From: Ophelia neglecta
Taxonomy: Eukaryota
Reading direction: 5' to 3'
Assembly: GCA_965285935.1 (NCBI GenBank)
Contig: OZ260661.1
Coordinates: 143,716,001-143,780,000, forward strand
Length of the DNA stretch: 64,000 nucleotides
The translations under genes were made by a program, and so were the position numbers. Position 1 is the first letter of the stretch; each line of letters begins with the position of its first letter. Positions 40,601 through 54,112 of this stretch are shown here, piece by piece. Below the pieces are notes generated by a model. It made no database searches and was not told the origin of the DNA. It saw only the letters and a list, made by a program, of their open reading frames with translations.

Positions 40601-43600
40601 ATATTGTATACTATTATTTTGTGTTTTCTTTTATGTCGTGCACATTTGACTATGAATATCGGCGCTAAATGTGACGCAGAAAACAAGGTTATTGACAGCT
40701 ATATTGTCGGTTCCAAAAATGTTGCAGGTAAAAATTAATTTACATTTCGACTTAACATGATCTTATGTACACTCTGTTGTACGGATGGATGGGGATGGGG
40801 GGTTAATATCATATACATGGGAACACGACATTGTCCATTGTGATGCTATTAGTAATAATTTGATAAAAAATAAATTAAAAGCTTTCAGTCCATATTTTTC
40901 CGTAGCTATTAAGGGGTTTTCACATGGTTAATTTCGCTGTTTCCAAGTATTGATCATACATTATAGTGTTTCAATTAAAGGATGCCGCTATATTCTCTCA
41001 TTTGTATGTATAATTGAAAAGTAAATAAAAACAGATATACGAGTACGACGTAATACAATTACAAATACATCAAGTGACATGAGCAGGTGGGCAGTGTCTT
41101 GATGAATTGATTAATAATCGCTTTGAACATCTATGTAGTTCTCTTTTCTTCCTATAGTCCTATAAATACTGGGCATGTGTGTGTCACTTTTATCAGTAAT
41201 ATATAGCTTTTACAACGCTTTTAGTTTAAAATGACAATATATGAACAACAAGTATCCATGAGTGTTAAATGGTACCCTGAAGCCATAATAATCGAGTTAT
41301 GTAGATGCAAATCATAATCAAAAGGTAGCGAGATGCCTGGTATGACGAGAGCTATTACACTTACAGTCGGCATGATCAATGGTTTAACACGTTCACTTGG
41401 CACTAAATATAATTATCCTACTTATATAAATATTCATAATATAAATAAAAATTAGAGCATCGTTTGTGTATAAACGATAATTGTGGAGACGAGAATCACG
41501 ACACATTAACGTCATATTCTCTTTGTGGCGGATTCCTCTCTGCACTCTTTGTTTGCCTGTGGTACAAACGCAGTGAGTGGGTCTATGAATTAACTCCATT
41601 TACATATAAAAGTGCTGGTTAGGAAAACGGCACAGCTCAGTTGTAGACCAGTTTCATACATATAATATAATTCATATATGTATTTATATATATTTTTACG
41701 TCTACACTGGAATCGCAATAATTTAGTGAATCACCTCTCTACCCACCTGGACAAATAGAAGTCGACGAGAAACTAAAAGAAAGTGGATAACCGGCAGACA
41801 AAACTTAATCATTAAACGAAACCAGTCCTTGAAATTGGTTTAAAATCATCAGGACCCAGCAGATACAGGCCCGCACACACTAATACAACAATCCCCAGCT
41901 CACAAACACTAATTTAACTCCAATAGGAAAAGTGGAAACATAAACTTAATATCATTAGCAATAACAAGTAGTCACCTGTTTTCCAGCTTGAAAAACTGTA
42001 GTCCATATGTTGTACACTCGAAATTCAATGCACGGTAAGAAAGCGTTTCTATTACTTCTATTACTTACAATTACTATTTTAATTAATTTAATTACAATTA
42101 CTGTAATGTCAGATGTTGAGTTGTCCCTGTCACCCGAGGCTAGGGAGCAGATTAAGGGGCCGCTTTCACACCTAACAGGCTAGTGCGATATACCTGTGTT
42201 GCCTCGCGTCAATCTATTACCTCTATCACTTAGGGAGAGGTGACTAGATAAGCCCCTCGATATTTTGTTAATGCCAATACGAAAACATGTTTGAGCCACT
42301 TGTACTCGGGACCTTAACTGAACCAATATGGCATTGACTGGTGGAGGAACGTAAACCCCCTAAGACCCTTCTTGGATCGAATAATTTATTCACGGCACAT
42401 GGAACGACGGAAAACTATAGGTATTTGAATAAAGGCCAATTAGTATAGCACTCTATATACAGCAATAAAACGATCGTAGAACTTGAATGAATTTGACGCT
42501 TGGCAACACCACCTAATTGATATTATTAACGTTAACATCCTAATAAACAGAGTGGTAAATAACACAAATAAGTAATTTTATGATATTCGGAGAAATTATA
42601 AATAGCATTAACAATATTCTTTGTGTAAGACCTTTTACCTGTACTCGGACAGTAGGTCTAGCAAAACGCACCAAAATTGTAACAATGGGTGGGAGGGTGG
42701 AAAGGGCTCAGAATTGCCCGGCCCTGAAGGAAACCGCATTAAGGCCGCGGGATGGCAGAAACTCGAAAGGTTCATCGATGTTTCTCGGTGCATTTTTAGC
42801 CATTTAAGTTTTTAGTATTTTTTTTTCATTTTCATTTTAAGTTATTTGTTTCGTACTCTTTGGCTGTTGATTCCTGGCGATTTTGGACAGATTTACCTTC
42901 TAGTGTTCTTGATTAATGATTTTACTGTGTTTGCAGGTTTTTCAAGCTATTGATGTGCCCGTTACTACATAAACTGGGAGTGACTAGAAATATTTTAAAC
43001 TTAAAAAATATTTATGTTGTCTATTTCATATGAAGCTATGTCCAATGTATATCTAATTGTGATCGATTTTTAATTTGATATGAAATATTAATTTACAGCC
43101 TTTCTTGTGTAGTTAACAATGATCATAGTCTTCTGCAGCTTTACAACTGGCTGTGACATCTAAATGGACCGATGATGAGCCCTGCCCTGTTTCTGACTAC
43201 CTCTGGGTTCGTTGTGGTTAATGCTCACAAGTTTCGTCCGCTGACGTTATGAAGCCACCGTCAAACTGGTAATAAATAATATCTAATATCCAAGCCTAAT
43301 CCTCCATTAAATGGAAATTTCGCTAATGCCCCTAATGCCTCCTGGATTCGTCACGTTTACCGGTCACTACACTTAACTGCAGATTATGATTGCCATCTAA
43401 ATAACTAATGTTGTGTTGCATTATGTCCCTTGTATGCATTAGGATTAGGATTCGTTAGGAAAAGTCAAATCGACAGAGCTATCCAAACAGCTAGTACAAA
43501 GCAAAATGGAATGGTCTTTATACTCCCAGGCTTCTGATACCAATGATAATTAGTAAACTACAGGCTTGCTTTATTGCTCTCAGTATAATGCGACTGGGTG

Positions 43601-44757
43601 TGGTTCCCTGCCTGGTGTCTACGGCAGGTAAACCAGTGAGGCACCACTATAAAGAGGGCTTTGGGACTACTTGTCACCGTGGCCATTTGACCATATCATT
43701 GCTAGAAGCCACAGAAAAAGTTGTCGATGATATCTCCCACAATATAGTTTATATAAATTAAAAATAAAAGGAGTCAAGGAGAGAGCATTGAAGCTTACCT
43801 GATGTAACAGGTTTCCACTAGGAGCGTCCCCTGACAGGTAACCCATTGGCATGTGTCAGATACAAAATTAGCTAGAAGTTTATGTATGATACCTCTGACA
43901 TCATAAGAAAGATATTTTGTCAGTATACCAGCATGTCAGCCTCGGTCGAAAGCCTTAGAGAAGCCACGTATGACAGGAATGGCTTATAGCCATCATATTG
44001 GCGCTAGATATAGTTTGGTAAAATGGATTAGTTGATTGTTGTAGAAATATTCTTAATAAACGCGGATTGATTGCACGAGGATTTATTAATTCTAAGAAGC
44101 GGGTAACTGCGACTAAAGGGAGGCCTCTCAAATACTCTAGATACATATGGAGGCAATGAAATCAGCTTGTAATTATTACAATAGTACAATTTTTAACTTC
44201 CTTTTTAATACACTGGGATGAATTTTGATCGTCTGCATTGCTTTTGGATATTTAAAATCCACAATACACATTAGATAATAATCTATTGGCTATAATCGCC
44301 GTTTCTTGATACCCGCCCACTTCATTAAACTGGGCCGAGTTTGTCATTCAACCTATTCAACTCACTGTTCATTCCACGTATTATATAATATATTATCATA
44401 CCTCAATGTCTGACTCCGATGATGCGTGTTTCATTAGTCCGAATACTTTTGTGACTGGTGATTGAAAGGAAATGCCAGAGTTGGCCACTGATTATAGAGT
44501 TACGTACCGATCTAATTCCTGTCTTAGACGTGGTTGTTCTATAGTTAATTTTATAAACATTCTTAATAACTAACGAAAAGTAGTATGTTAGTAGCAGTAA
44601 ATAAGTGGGCTGTTGAAATCTGTTTGTGCGTACCAGTGCGTCCAACGGTTTGTCTAAGCATTCAAATAAACTAATTCACGTGATCACGTGTACATGCAGG
44701 GTATTAATCACCAATAAATAACCTTTGCTATTATTCTCAATATAAGGACATCATGTT

Positions 44758-45983
44758 TTACTGCAAGGTGAAGGCGGTGCTCAATGTATTTTCCGGGTGA
44801 GACCGGACGTTTTGTTGTTTTTCACTGCGATAGCAACAACTAAACACTCTAGTGATGTCCCTCCTAAACAATGACCCGCCGAGACAGTACAGAAAGAAAT
44901 TTACGGGGCTGTTAGAAGCTAAAAATATGTAACAGAAGTGGTATGCAAACACGTACGTCGCAAAGCCTTCTGGGTCTTCAGGGGCCGCCATAATGGAGTA
45001 GTACAAGTTGATAAGCCACGCTGGAAGGGTGAGAATCAACACACCAAAGCTCACCAAAAGAAGAATAGTGACCATCTGACGGTTTTGTTGCTGCATGTTT
45101 TTATTGGGTTCTGCATCCCTTGAGGTATTCGTATCTAAGGTTATCAACTCCCTGGCTTTATGTTGTGATAGAACGGTGTGAATGGAAATAATATTCATAA
45201 TGAGTATAGCGGCAAAGGGCACAATGCTATTGACAACTGTCACAGTGTACGAATGAATTTTTGAGAAGTAGTTGTCTGAAGTTGAAGCATAACATAAATT
45301 ATTCGGTCCAACGATATCAACGGTATACGCAAGTGGGGCACTGACGATTACCGCGAACGCGATGACCATTCCGATGGTTATCGATGTTCTACGGGATGCA
45401 TTCCAGTTCTTTGCTCGGAGAGGAAACCGTATTGCTACCATTCTGTCTGCAGTCATCGCTACGGTCATGTACACGCTGGCCGTTTGAAATGTCAATAAGA
45501 TGGTACCTACCATTACATACCTACCTTACATTCCCAGCGGGTGAAAGGATGGGCGGTATATGGTCCGTCTGTTATACTCCAGTGCCAGGCACTGCTTAAC
45601 AAAAACAATGTGTCACAAACAGCCAAAGCCGCGAGGAATTTGGGGAAGGACAGTCGTCTGTTGTGTTTTAATGTCATCACTTTCAGTGAGATAGAATTCC
45701 CGATCAGGCCGATAGTTATTACAACAGGCAGGCAGTACATCTGTAATGCCATTCCAATTTTATACCGCAGTTTTGTAGAAGCTTCCTCATTGTAATGTTC
45801 CTCGGGAGAGTTTCCTGTGGTTACCTCTGAGACACGGTATCTAGAAGTAGATAGACACTGTGTCTGATTAAAGAAGGATTCATTTTCGGCCGTTGAGCTT
45901 CTTCTGTAACTCGAAGCAGGACACTCGATACCTATAACCAGCCAAACTAGGGCCACGGTTACACAATTCGCTGTGGAGATCAT
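44758..45983 (-). pseudogene. Intronless class A GPCR (FMRFamide/sex-peptide-receptor-like), frameshifted
   Basis: GLIGN, LAALAVCD, MTADRMVAIRFP, LPAW and NSPVNFFLYC..FR motifs; a 14-bp duplication at 45504-45517 breaks the start of TM3. Confidence 0.85.
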
Positions 45984-47381
45984 TGTTTTTATTCACTTGT
46001 TACTTTAGCTGGAACCAGCTACCAACCACGAGCACACTTAGCATTGTACGGCTTTCGCTAGCTAGATGTGTTGCCTCGCGTCAACCGCTATGCCATGCCG
46101 CCATGAGCAATGCACTATCATCATTAGCACATCAGCCATCAGAGCGATAATTGCAAACAGACAGGGCCAGGAGTCCGCTGGTTATCTGTTTATTCGTTGC
46201 TGCATGTCAGTCGGTCGTTATATACAGGTGAGTCAGTAGTACCATATCAATTGCAAACTCACACTGGGGTCTGTTGGCGTCTGACAACTATCCGACCCAT
46301 ATTACACAATCTTATTCATTACAATCTGGTAGAATGGTAAACAGAGTTCACCTAGATTCGTCAAAACATCCTGTAGGACATTAAAGAAAGGCATTCTTAG
46401 AAAAAAACCCAGAAAGCACACGCAGTCAAGCCAAAAGAATATAATAAAGGGAAAAAATTACTTTCCGCAAAGGCCAGTGGGACATTGAAACTAGCCAAAT
46501 GTTGGGAGTACAGTCAAACCCTACTAGATATTTCCTGTAGCAAAACAGGTTGTTTAAAGACATAAAGTTCACAGCCCAAATCTACTAGTCTTAAACCTGG
46601 TAGCAACCGTTGTTATTACGAATACGTCTACACACGTGTAATAAAAAATGTGCCAAGGCACAGTTGTGAAGGCAACTTCAAGATGCGACCCGCAAAACGT
46701 CATGAATGCGAGTAGTTGACACTATAGCAGTGCGTCTAGTGTGATACCCCCTTAGTAGTATTATCATAAGTAACGGTGAGAAGTTACAGTTTCTATCTGC
46801 AGTAAGAATGCTCACATAATGGAAAAATATTCCATACATATTATCGGGGTATATCAAGTTTTTCCTTTTATCACGTTTAAGCCAAGTAAATCTATGGTTA
46901 TTGAAATATGTCGCCATTTGGATTATAACACCCCACAAGTCAGGTCGCTATGGCTTTAACCTGTATCCCTTTTCGTAGCATCACCAAATGTCACCGTTCT
47001 TTTTCCTCCTCACTCGAGAGGATCTCCAAAGTCGCCGAGCAATATATGTTTACTTGTTGGTTGAAACTTGCATACCAGAAAAGCTAATATCGAAGCAAAT
47101 CAACATTTAAAGTTAAAGTTTGCACACATTCTATGTAAACTGCGTGCATTAAGGCACAATATGATAATTATCCAATCTGTCTTAGTGATTGTTTATAGTA
47201 AGTTAAGGATGCCCGAAATCAAATAGTTTGCGGATATCGCTGACGTCATAAATAAGTATGCCCTTGAAAGGCGGCAATTTTCGTCTGTTAGTATAAGTCA
47301 TTTAACATGTTTATATTTACGCGGATTGATGTAATATTTATTTCTGAAAAGGCATATGATATATACATAAGTAGTGACAAG

Positions 47382-50300
47382 TGGCTTTATTAATTGCGCA
47401 GAGGCGCAGGGCAAATATATCGTCGAATCATATGGTAGCAGAGCGTAGTGGCGGCAGAACGGCGGAACTACGGAGGCAAATGCGTGGGTTACGTAGCGAG
47501 TTTTTTGACGTTCATCGGCAACTTGTCAATACGTATAAGTCCGAGAGACCATATCCTGGCGAACTATTTAATCTCAAAGATATGCTTGAGGAACTTTATG
47601 GTAGAATTAAACATGTGTCAGATCAGTTAATGTCAGAATACAGCGAGTGGGCTGAAGTGGATAAACAGGCAAAACACAAGGCAGAGTTCGCGGTGCTAGA
47701 ACGCATGTGCACAGAGGCAGAATATCACGTACAGCACAGATTGGATGAAATTAGTTCACAGTCTAGTTTCATTGATGAAACAAAACCGCATGTCAGAGAA
47801 ATTGAGAAACAAGTTATCGCACCATCGGGGGAAAGTATGGACAAAGAAAATAACTGGGTAGAGTATCTTGCTCAGTCACTATGTAAACATTTGGGTTTGA
47901 AGCCACATACAAATCCAGACAGGGATAATATTGCACAGGATGAATTTAGTGAGCCAGCTAGAGACAGGGTTCCTACTGATAGACCAAGGAGGGGACACAG
48001 CCTTAAAAAGCCTAGATACGCAAGGTTTTAGGCCTGAGAAGGCTTCCACTCCCTATGAGGAAATTTCTGCTTCGAAAAAGGTTGGTTTTGGGGCTTCAAA
48101 ATTCCACAAACTTGATTTGAGTAGTGATGAGGACAAAGAGACTGGCTAGTTATAAGCCATCAAGCATCAAGCAGGCCAATGCTGAGTGTATCAGATATGT
48201 TGCATGGATTTGGACAATTAGAAGGTATAACTGGTGTTGGAGCTGGAGTTGCTGAAATGGCACATAAAGCACAAACTGACAACCGATCTGGTGTAGCCAG
48301 CAGTGAAAGATATGTGCAGCGCATACCGCTTCCTGTGTTCCCTGGCGGGGAGGGCTTTGATGCATGGTGGAGCACCTTTGAGGCACTTGTGGATGAAACT
48401 GATGAGCCATCGAAAATCAAATTTCTTCGGCTGAAATATTTCCTTAAGGGTGAGCCATTAGACTTGATTAAGCATTTCCCATATGATGATTTCAGCTATG
48501 AAATGGCCAAAAAACAGTTGTATGAGAGCTATGGTGGACTGCTAAGGCAGTTAAATAGGCTGTACAGTGAGGTGCGGGAATTTAAACAGCTACAAGAACA
48601 TGATTATGTTGGAATGCGTCGGCTGCTGTCATTGGTAAACAGGACTGCTCGCCAGCTTCAGATTACGGGGCGAACTGGAGAAATAGGTCCAAGCCTACTA
48701 AATCACAGCTTGGTGGGGAAGATACATGTATCTACTGTATTTCGATACAATGACTGGCGATCAAACAAATTACTTGAGGACAACATGTTCTCACTTTCCA
48801 GATTCCTAGAAGAGCAAATTAGTAGAGGCACTATGGCACAGGAAACCGTGTTTGGAGTGAAGGGAAAAGTGAACCCTGGCTGCAGATCTGCAAGAACTAT
48901 GGCAAGTGTCCATGACGCCAATAAAAACCCTGAGTCAACTAGCCAAGCAGCAGGCAGCAGAAATGTGACCCGAAATAGGCACTGTCGCCTTTGTAGAGGG
49001 AATCATGCTCTCTGGGCATGTGCTCAGTTCAAGGAAATGTCCATACAAAGTCGATGGGACACTATGCGCAAATTACATGTATGTTTCAAATGCTTATCTG
49101 CCCAACATCTTTCTAAAGATTGTAAATATGATAGAATCTGTGGAGTTGATGGATGCGGATACAGGCAAAATCGCCTTCTGCATGATTCCAATAACCCTGG
49201 CCGGTCCCAGAGTAAGCCTGACAAGGGGAATCATGGACCAACTGTTAGTGATAGGTCTACAGAATTGGCCAACCAATCGGGGGATGGTATCAGGCTGACG
49301 CACCAAGGTGGAAGCTTGCCAGCAAGCAATACAGCAGAGCAGGCCCAAGTTCATAACACTGGACTGGAACGAGAAACAGTACCTAAGGCAACTATGGTGG
49401 CTAATAACACATATGAGTAAAGATTCTTAGCATTGAGAACATATGGTTTTCAGAATTACCGGACTTGGGTGATCTCAGATTGGCAAGGCCCCTAATAAAG
49501 CTAGAAAAGTGGCATGGGATGGCTTTGCATGCTTTTAGTGACGCGAGTGAGGAAGCATATGGAGCTGCCGTGTATCTCAGAGTTGAGTACTCAAACAAGG
49601 ATGTTGATGTGAATCTGGTAATTGCCAAGACTAAAGTAGCCCCTCTGACAAGCATATCCATACCTCGACTGGAGCTCCAGGGAGCTCATCTGGCAGTCCA
49701 AATTGTTGAAAAATTGGCCCCGGTGTTCAATCTTGATATATCTAAGGCAACATTCTGGACAGACAGTACAGATGTTTTGTTTTGGATTCATTCCCAGAGC
49801 AGAATATACAAACCTTATGTTGCAAACAGGGTTGGCCATATCCAGCAAATGACAGAGCCATCCAGCTGGAAACATGTACCAACCTCCTGTAACCCAGCGG
49901 ACTAACTCACCCGCGGAATGGCTGCAAAGAAACTTGAGCAGGATGGTAATTGGTGGCACGGACCAGAGTATTTACAGGGCGATGAATCAGTGTGGCCAAA
50001 ACAACCAGAACTTCTACAGCCTGATGTTGATCAAACTGATTGTAAAAAACAAAATTTGACATTTACAGCGATACAGGTGAATAAGGTGGTGGGCATTGAC
50101 AGTCTGAAGCAGGCTGGCATAGATCCAGGAAGCTTTTCAAAGCTTGAAGGTTTGATCAGAGTTTTAGCTTATATTAGGCGATTCATAGGCAAATGCCGAA
50201 GGCAACTAGTATTAGATGGAAAAGGCCAGGCTGTGGATGGCACGGAGTACAATGAGGCCAAATTGAAGTTGATCAGACTTGTACAAATGGAAACTTGGCC

Positions 50301-51776
50301 CCAAGAATATAAGATGTTACAGTCTGGTAACTGTGTGTCACCCAGATCAGAGTTGGCTCAGTTTGTTCCCAGGCTAGACAGTGATGGCTGCATTCGCAGT
50401 CAAACTCGAATGGAAAAGGCATATGAGGTGCCTTGGAGTACTCGCTTTCCATTGATTCTTCCTCGGCATGGGGTTCTAACAAAGCAGATGATTATGCACA
50501 TTCACGAGAGCAATGGCCACATTGGAGTAACACACACATTATGCGTTATTCAGGGAAGTGTATTGTGCAATTGCTGCCAGGGAGACTGTGAAATCCGTTA
50601 TTTATTTGTGTATGTTCTGCCATTTGCGGAAGAAACGCCCTGCAGAGCAACAGATGGCTCCGTTACCAATGCAGAGAGTCGAACTCACCTACCAACCATT
50701 CAAATACACCGCCATTGATTATGGAGGTCCGATACTTAATAAACAAGGCAGAGGGAAGACCAGAACAAAGAGATGGTTTTGTGTATATACCTGTTTGAGT
50801 GTGAGAGCTATACACATTGAACTTGCATATGATTTATCAACTGAGGGTTTTCTCCAAACCTTCAGTAGGTTTTGTGCCAGAAGAGGTGTGCCTACGGAAA
50901 TCCACAGTGATAATGGTAGTAATTTTGTTGGGGCACAAAGAGAGCTAGGAAAACTTATCAGATCCTTGGACACTCAAACCATACAACACACTACAGCCAG
51001 TAAAGGTGTGGTATGGAAATTCCTTCCCTCAGGAGCTCCACGCATGGGCGGCTCCCATGAGGTAATGATTAGGGCAGTGAAACGATCAATGAACAAAGTT
51101 CTCAGTCAGGCAGAAGTTTCAGATGATGAACTTCATACTGCCCTTGTAATCATTGAGGGCTTAGTTAACACTCGGCCAGTGACATATCAGAACTCGTGCA
51201 TTGATGAGCCCACTCCAATAACTCCAGGACATTTTCTGCATGGGAATGTGGCTACCGAGATACCAGTGCCCAATGCAGAAAACCTCAGGGAAAACAGTAG
51301 ACATCGGTGGCGGAGGGTGCAGGAAATAGTTCGCCATTGCTGGAGGAGATGGCTGATGGAATGGAGTTCCTGCACTAGGACCCAGATCAAAGTGTTGGAA
51401 AGAACATTCAAACTTTCGTGTAGGAGACATCGTTATGGTTCTTGATGCAACCAACCAACGAGGGTGTTGGCCGTTGGCTCGAGTAGAAGCATTACATCGT
51501 GGGTCGGACGGCAAGGTCCAAGTGGTGGATATCAAGCAAAAGCCCAAAGTATTCAGGAGGCCTTTAGTTAAATTAACTTAGTTAATGCTTGGTCGAAAAA
51601 AAATAACACATCCCTAAACAGGGAAGTTGTGGGCTGATGGATGTGAGTTGTAGGCCAGGCAGGCTTGGGCGATTCTGTGTATTTTTGACAGTGCGATATT
51701 GGCAATAAACACCCGAAATTTAACAAAACAAATGGCTTTATCAATTGCGCAGAGGCGCAGGGCAAATATATCGTCA
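47382..51776 (+). mobile_element. Degenerate BEL/Pao element with protease and RT deleted
   Basis: Gag (LPVFPGG..WWSTFEALVD, Cys/His knuckles) at 47480-49420; RNase H (FSDASEEAYG, WTDS, NPAD) at 49465-49905; integrase (IDYGGP, SDNGSNF, WPLARV) at 50558-51580; no YVDD region. Confidence 0.92.
47433..47449 (+). promoter_or_regulatory. Primer-binding site, initiator tRNA-Met type
   Basis: TGGTAGCAGAGCGTAGT lies just after ...GAATCA and before gag; TGGTAGCAGAG is complementary to the 3' end of animal tRNAiMet. Confidence 0.8.
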
Positions 51777-52089
51777 AATTAGGGAGTAGGAGGCAATATA
51801 TATCTAAAGGGGCGCTAGGGGAGGGAGACCTAAAAGGGGGTAAGGGGACAATATACTCCTAATTGGGGACCAGGGGAGGGAGCCCTTAAAGGGGTTAAAG
51901 GGGACAATATATACTTAGAATATATTGAATAATGTTTTGGATGGTCAGTTGGCGGATTCCACTTTGTTTTCTTTTACAAATAAGAAACCTTGGTTAACCA
52001 TTGCCACTAACATGCTTATTAAGATTAAAGACTCGTTATTTGTATGGCTATGAGATCTCCTACACCTTTATATATCAAATCCTACCGTG

Positions 52090-52315
52090 AATTACAGACA
52101 CATCTAAATAAACTTTTGCGAAGACATGAAAGAGAACATTACGATCTTAGGCTGAAATAAGATCAATCCAGCTAACGGAGAACTTGGTCTGTGATAAGGG
52201 AGGTTATTGGTTCTAGCAAAGGCCCATGTCCTAATAGTGAGTTTTTGATTGATGGTGAAAGTGTTACTGACAGCCAACGCGTTTCAAATTCTTTTAACAC
52301 GTATTATGTTAAGGC
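52090..52315 (+). mobile_element. Small decayed LINE ORF2 fragment
   Basis: TWSVIREVIG...EFLIDGESVTDSQRVSNSFNTYYV, typical of the region between endonuclease and RT. Confidence 0.6.
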
Positions 52316-52639
52316 ATGGGTATTGGTATTATAATAGTAAAGACGATTTCATATGTGCACCAACTATTATCAAAACAGCAGCCAAAACGTCATTTAATAA
52401 TAAGCTCTAAGCTTTCGCTGTCAATTGTGCAATTATTTATTACACTTTATAATATTAATGTTTTGTGTATAAGGTATTATCCCGGGTGATACTGCGCATG
52501 CCTAAGCGCGCGCAATACAAATCCATTCCTGACTCAGCTGGAAAACTGGTCAGACGTGCCAGCGACGAGGCTCCTGTCTTAGACGTTTTCTCCACAACGG
52601 ATATAGGTAATATCACTTTCGTTGTTATTCAGCATGCCC

Positions 52640-52950
52640 GGGGGGCATTGCTGCTAAGTCCCTGGGGGACAAAAACATTGCCGGGGGCAATGTATTAGAT
52701 AAATATAGTAATTTTAAACTCAAGTCCCTGGGGGACAAAGACATTGCAGGGGGCAATGTATTAGATAAATATAGTAATTTTAAACTCAAGTCCCTGGGGG
52801 ACAAAGACATTGCCGGGGGCAATGTATTAGATAAATATAGTATTTTAAACTCAAGTCCCTGGGGGACAAAGACATTGCCGGGGGCAATGTATTAATCTAA
52901 TTAATTTGTTTAAGTCCCTGGGGGACAAAAGCTTTGCCCGGGGCAACGTT
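52640..52950. repeat. ~65-bp tandem repeat (about 4.5 copies) in the 5' region of the YR element
   Basis: Unit aagtccctgggggacaaagacattgccgggggcaatgtattagataaatatagtaattttaaactc. Confidence 0.95.
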
Positions 52951-54112
52951 TGTAATAAAATTCCTAGACAAAGCTTTACTAAGCTTTATTTATTTAAATA
53001 AACTAGTTCGATGTGTTATCGTATTTTAGCGTATATATCACCCCAAGTGTTATATTCTTGTACCTTATAATTAGGAGTCGGTTACAGGAATTGTGGTCCC
53101 ATTTGGTTTTATGTACCCAGATCTCTTTATGTTTGCAATTAATCCCAGTTATTGGTCAATATGAATGCTAAAGAGCTACGGCAGTGGACATCTAGATGCA
53201 TTATAGAAAGTGGCACTTTCGAACATGTATATTTGCTTAGCAAAACCCCAAGGCAAATCCAGTTAGCCGGGTATTCACAGACTTAATAAAACCACCTTTT
53301 CTATGTTCTGTGATGGCATTTGTCGTGTACAAAATTGTCGCTTTTATTGTTGAAATAATCGGGTCAGAAGTGACTGTGTGGTTTTGCCTGGTCAGCCTTT
53401 GTTACAAAATGTAAAAGCTTCACTTAACAGCTTTCACTCGGTAGGATTTTGGCGATATAGCTTATGTAACAGCAGGGTATGTTAACGAGGCATGACCTAC
53501 AGTTTATTTAAGACTTTAGATGCAGGTTGGCCAGGCTAGGCTAGGCCAAGGCTTGGCTCTACAATTCTTCTTGGCTACACAAATAGTCAACCCTTCTAGT
53601 TGACCACAAATAACTGTTGGTTACATTTAGCACATGCCCTCCTTTCCAGCTTTCTAGCCTTTTGGAAACATGTTAGAAATTCAGGTTGCAGTTTCTTGAT
53701 TTAAGGGCCTTGCATTTGGTTTAACTTTGACCTGTCATTGACTTTTGGCCTATATTGACAAAGGGATATAAAGAGTATTGATGCTTTATATTTCTAACGT
53801 TATACACATATAATTGTATATTAACATAATGTTACAGATATTTGATAAATAAAACCATTCTATTACATTGAGAACGTGCAGTAGGGGCGACCCACATTCT
53901 GGATCTTTCCTATTCTTCTGAAATATTTTCTTAACTGTTTTGTTAATTATTAATATTAACTGATCGGTGCTTGGCCATTTCTATTTTGGTGTAATTAAGG
54001 GTCCTTTTATCAAAACTATATTTTCAATACGTTGCATATCTGCTACGTAATAGATATGTTAACTTTTTCGATTTTATGGAAGGTATTTTACTTTTAATTT
54101 CTTTTCCGCAGG

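Noticed and set aside
45504-45525. AAG|GTAGGT as an intron donor repairing the GPCR
   Set aside because: It would need an intron of about 14 nt, too short for the spliceosome.
48395-48420. ctgatgag...gaaa as a hammerhead ribozyme core
   Set aside because: No stem II can form, and the site lies in gag coding sequence.
52640-52950. Palindromic repeats as a CRISPR array
   Set aside because: The sequence between the palindromes is also repeated, so this is a tandem repeat.
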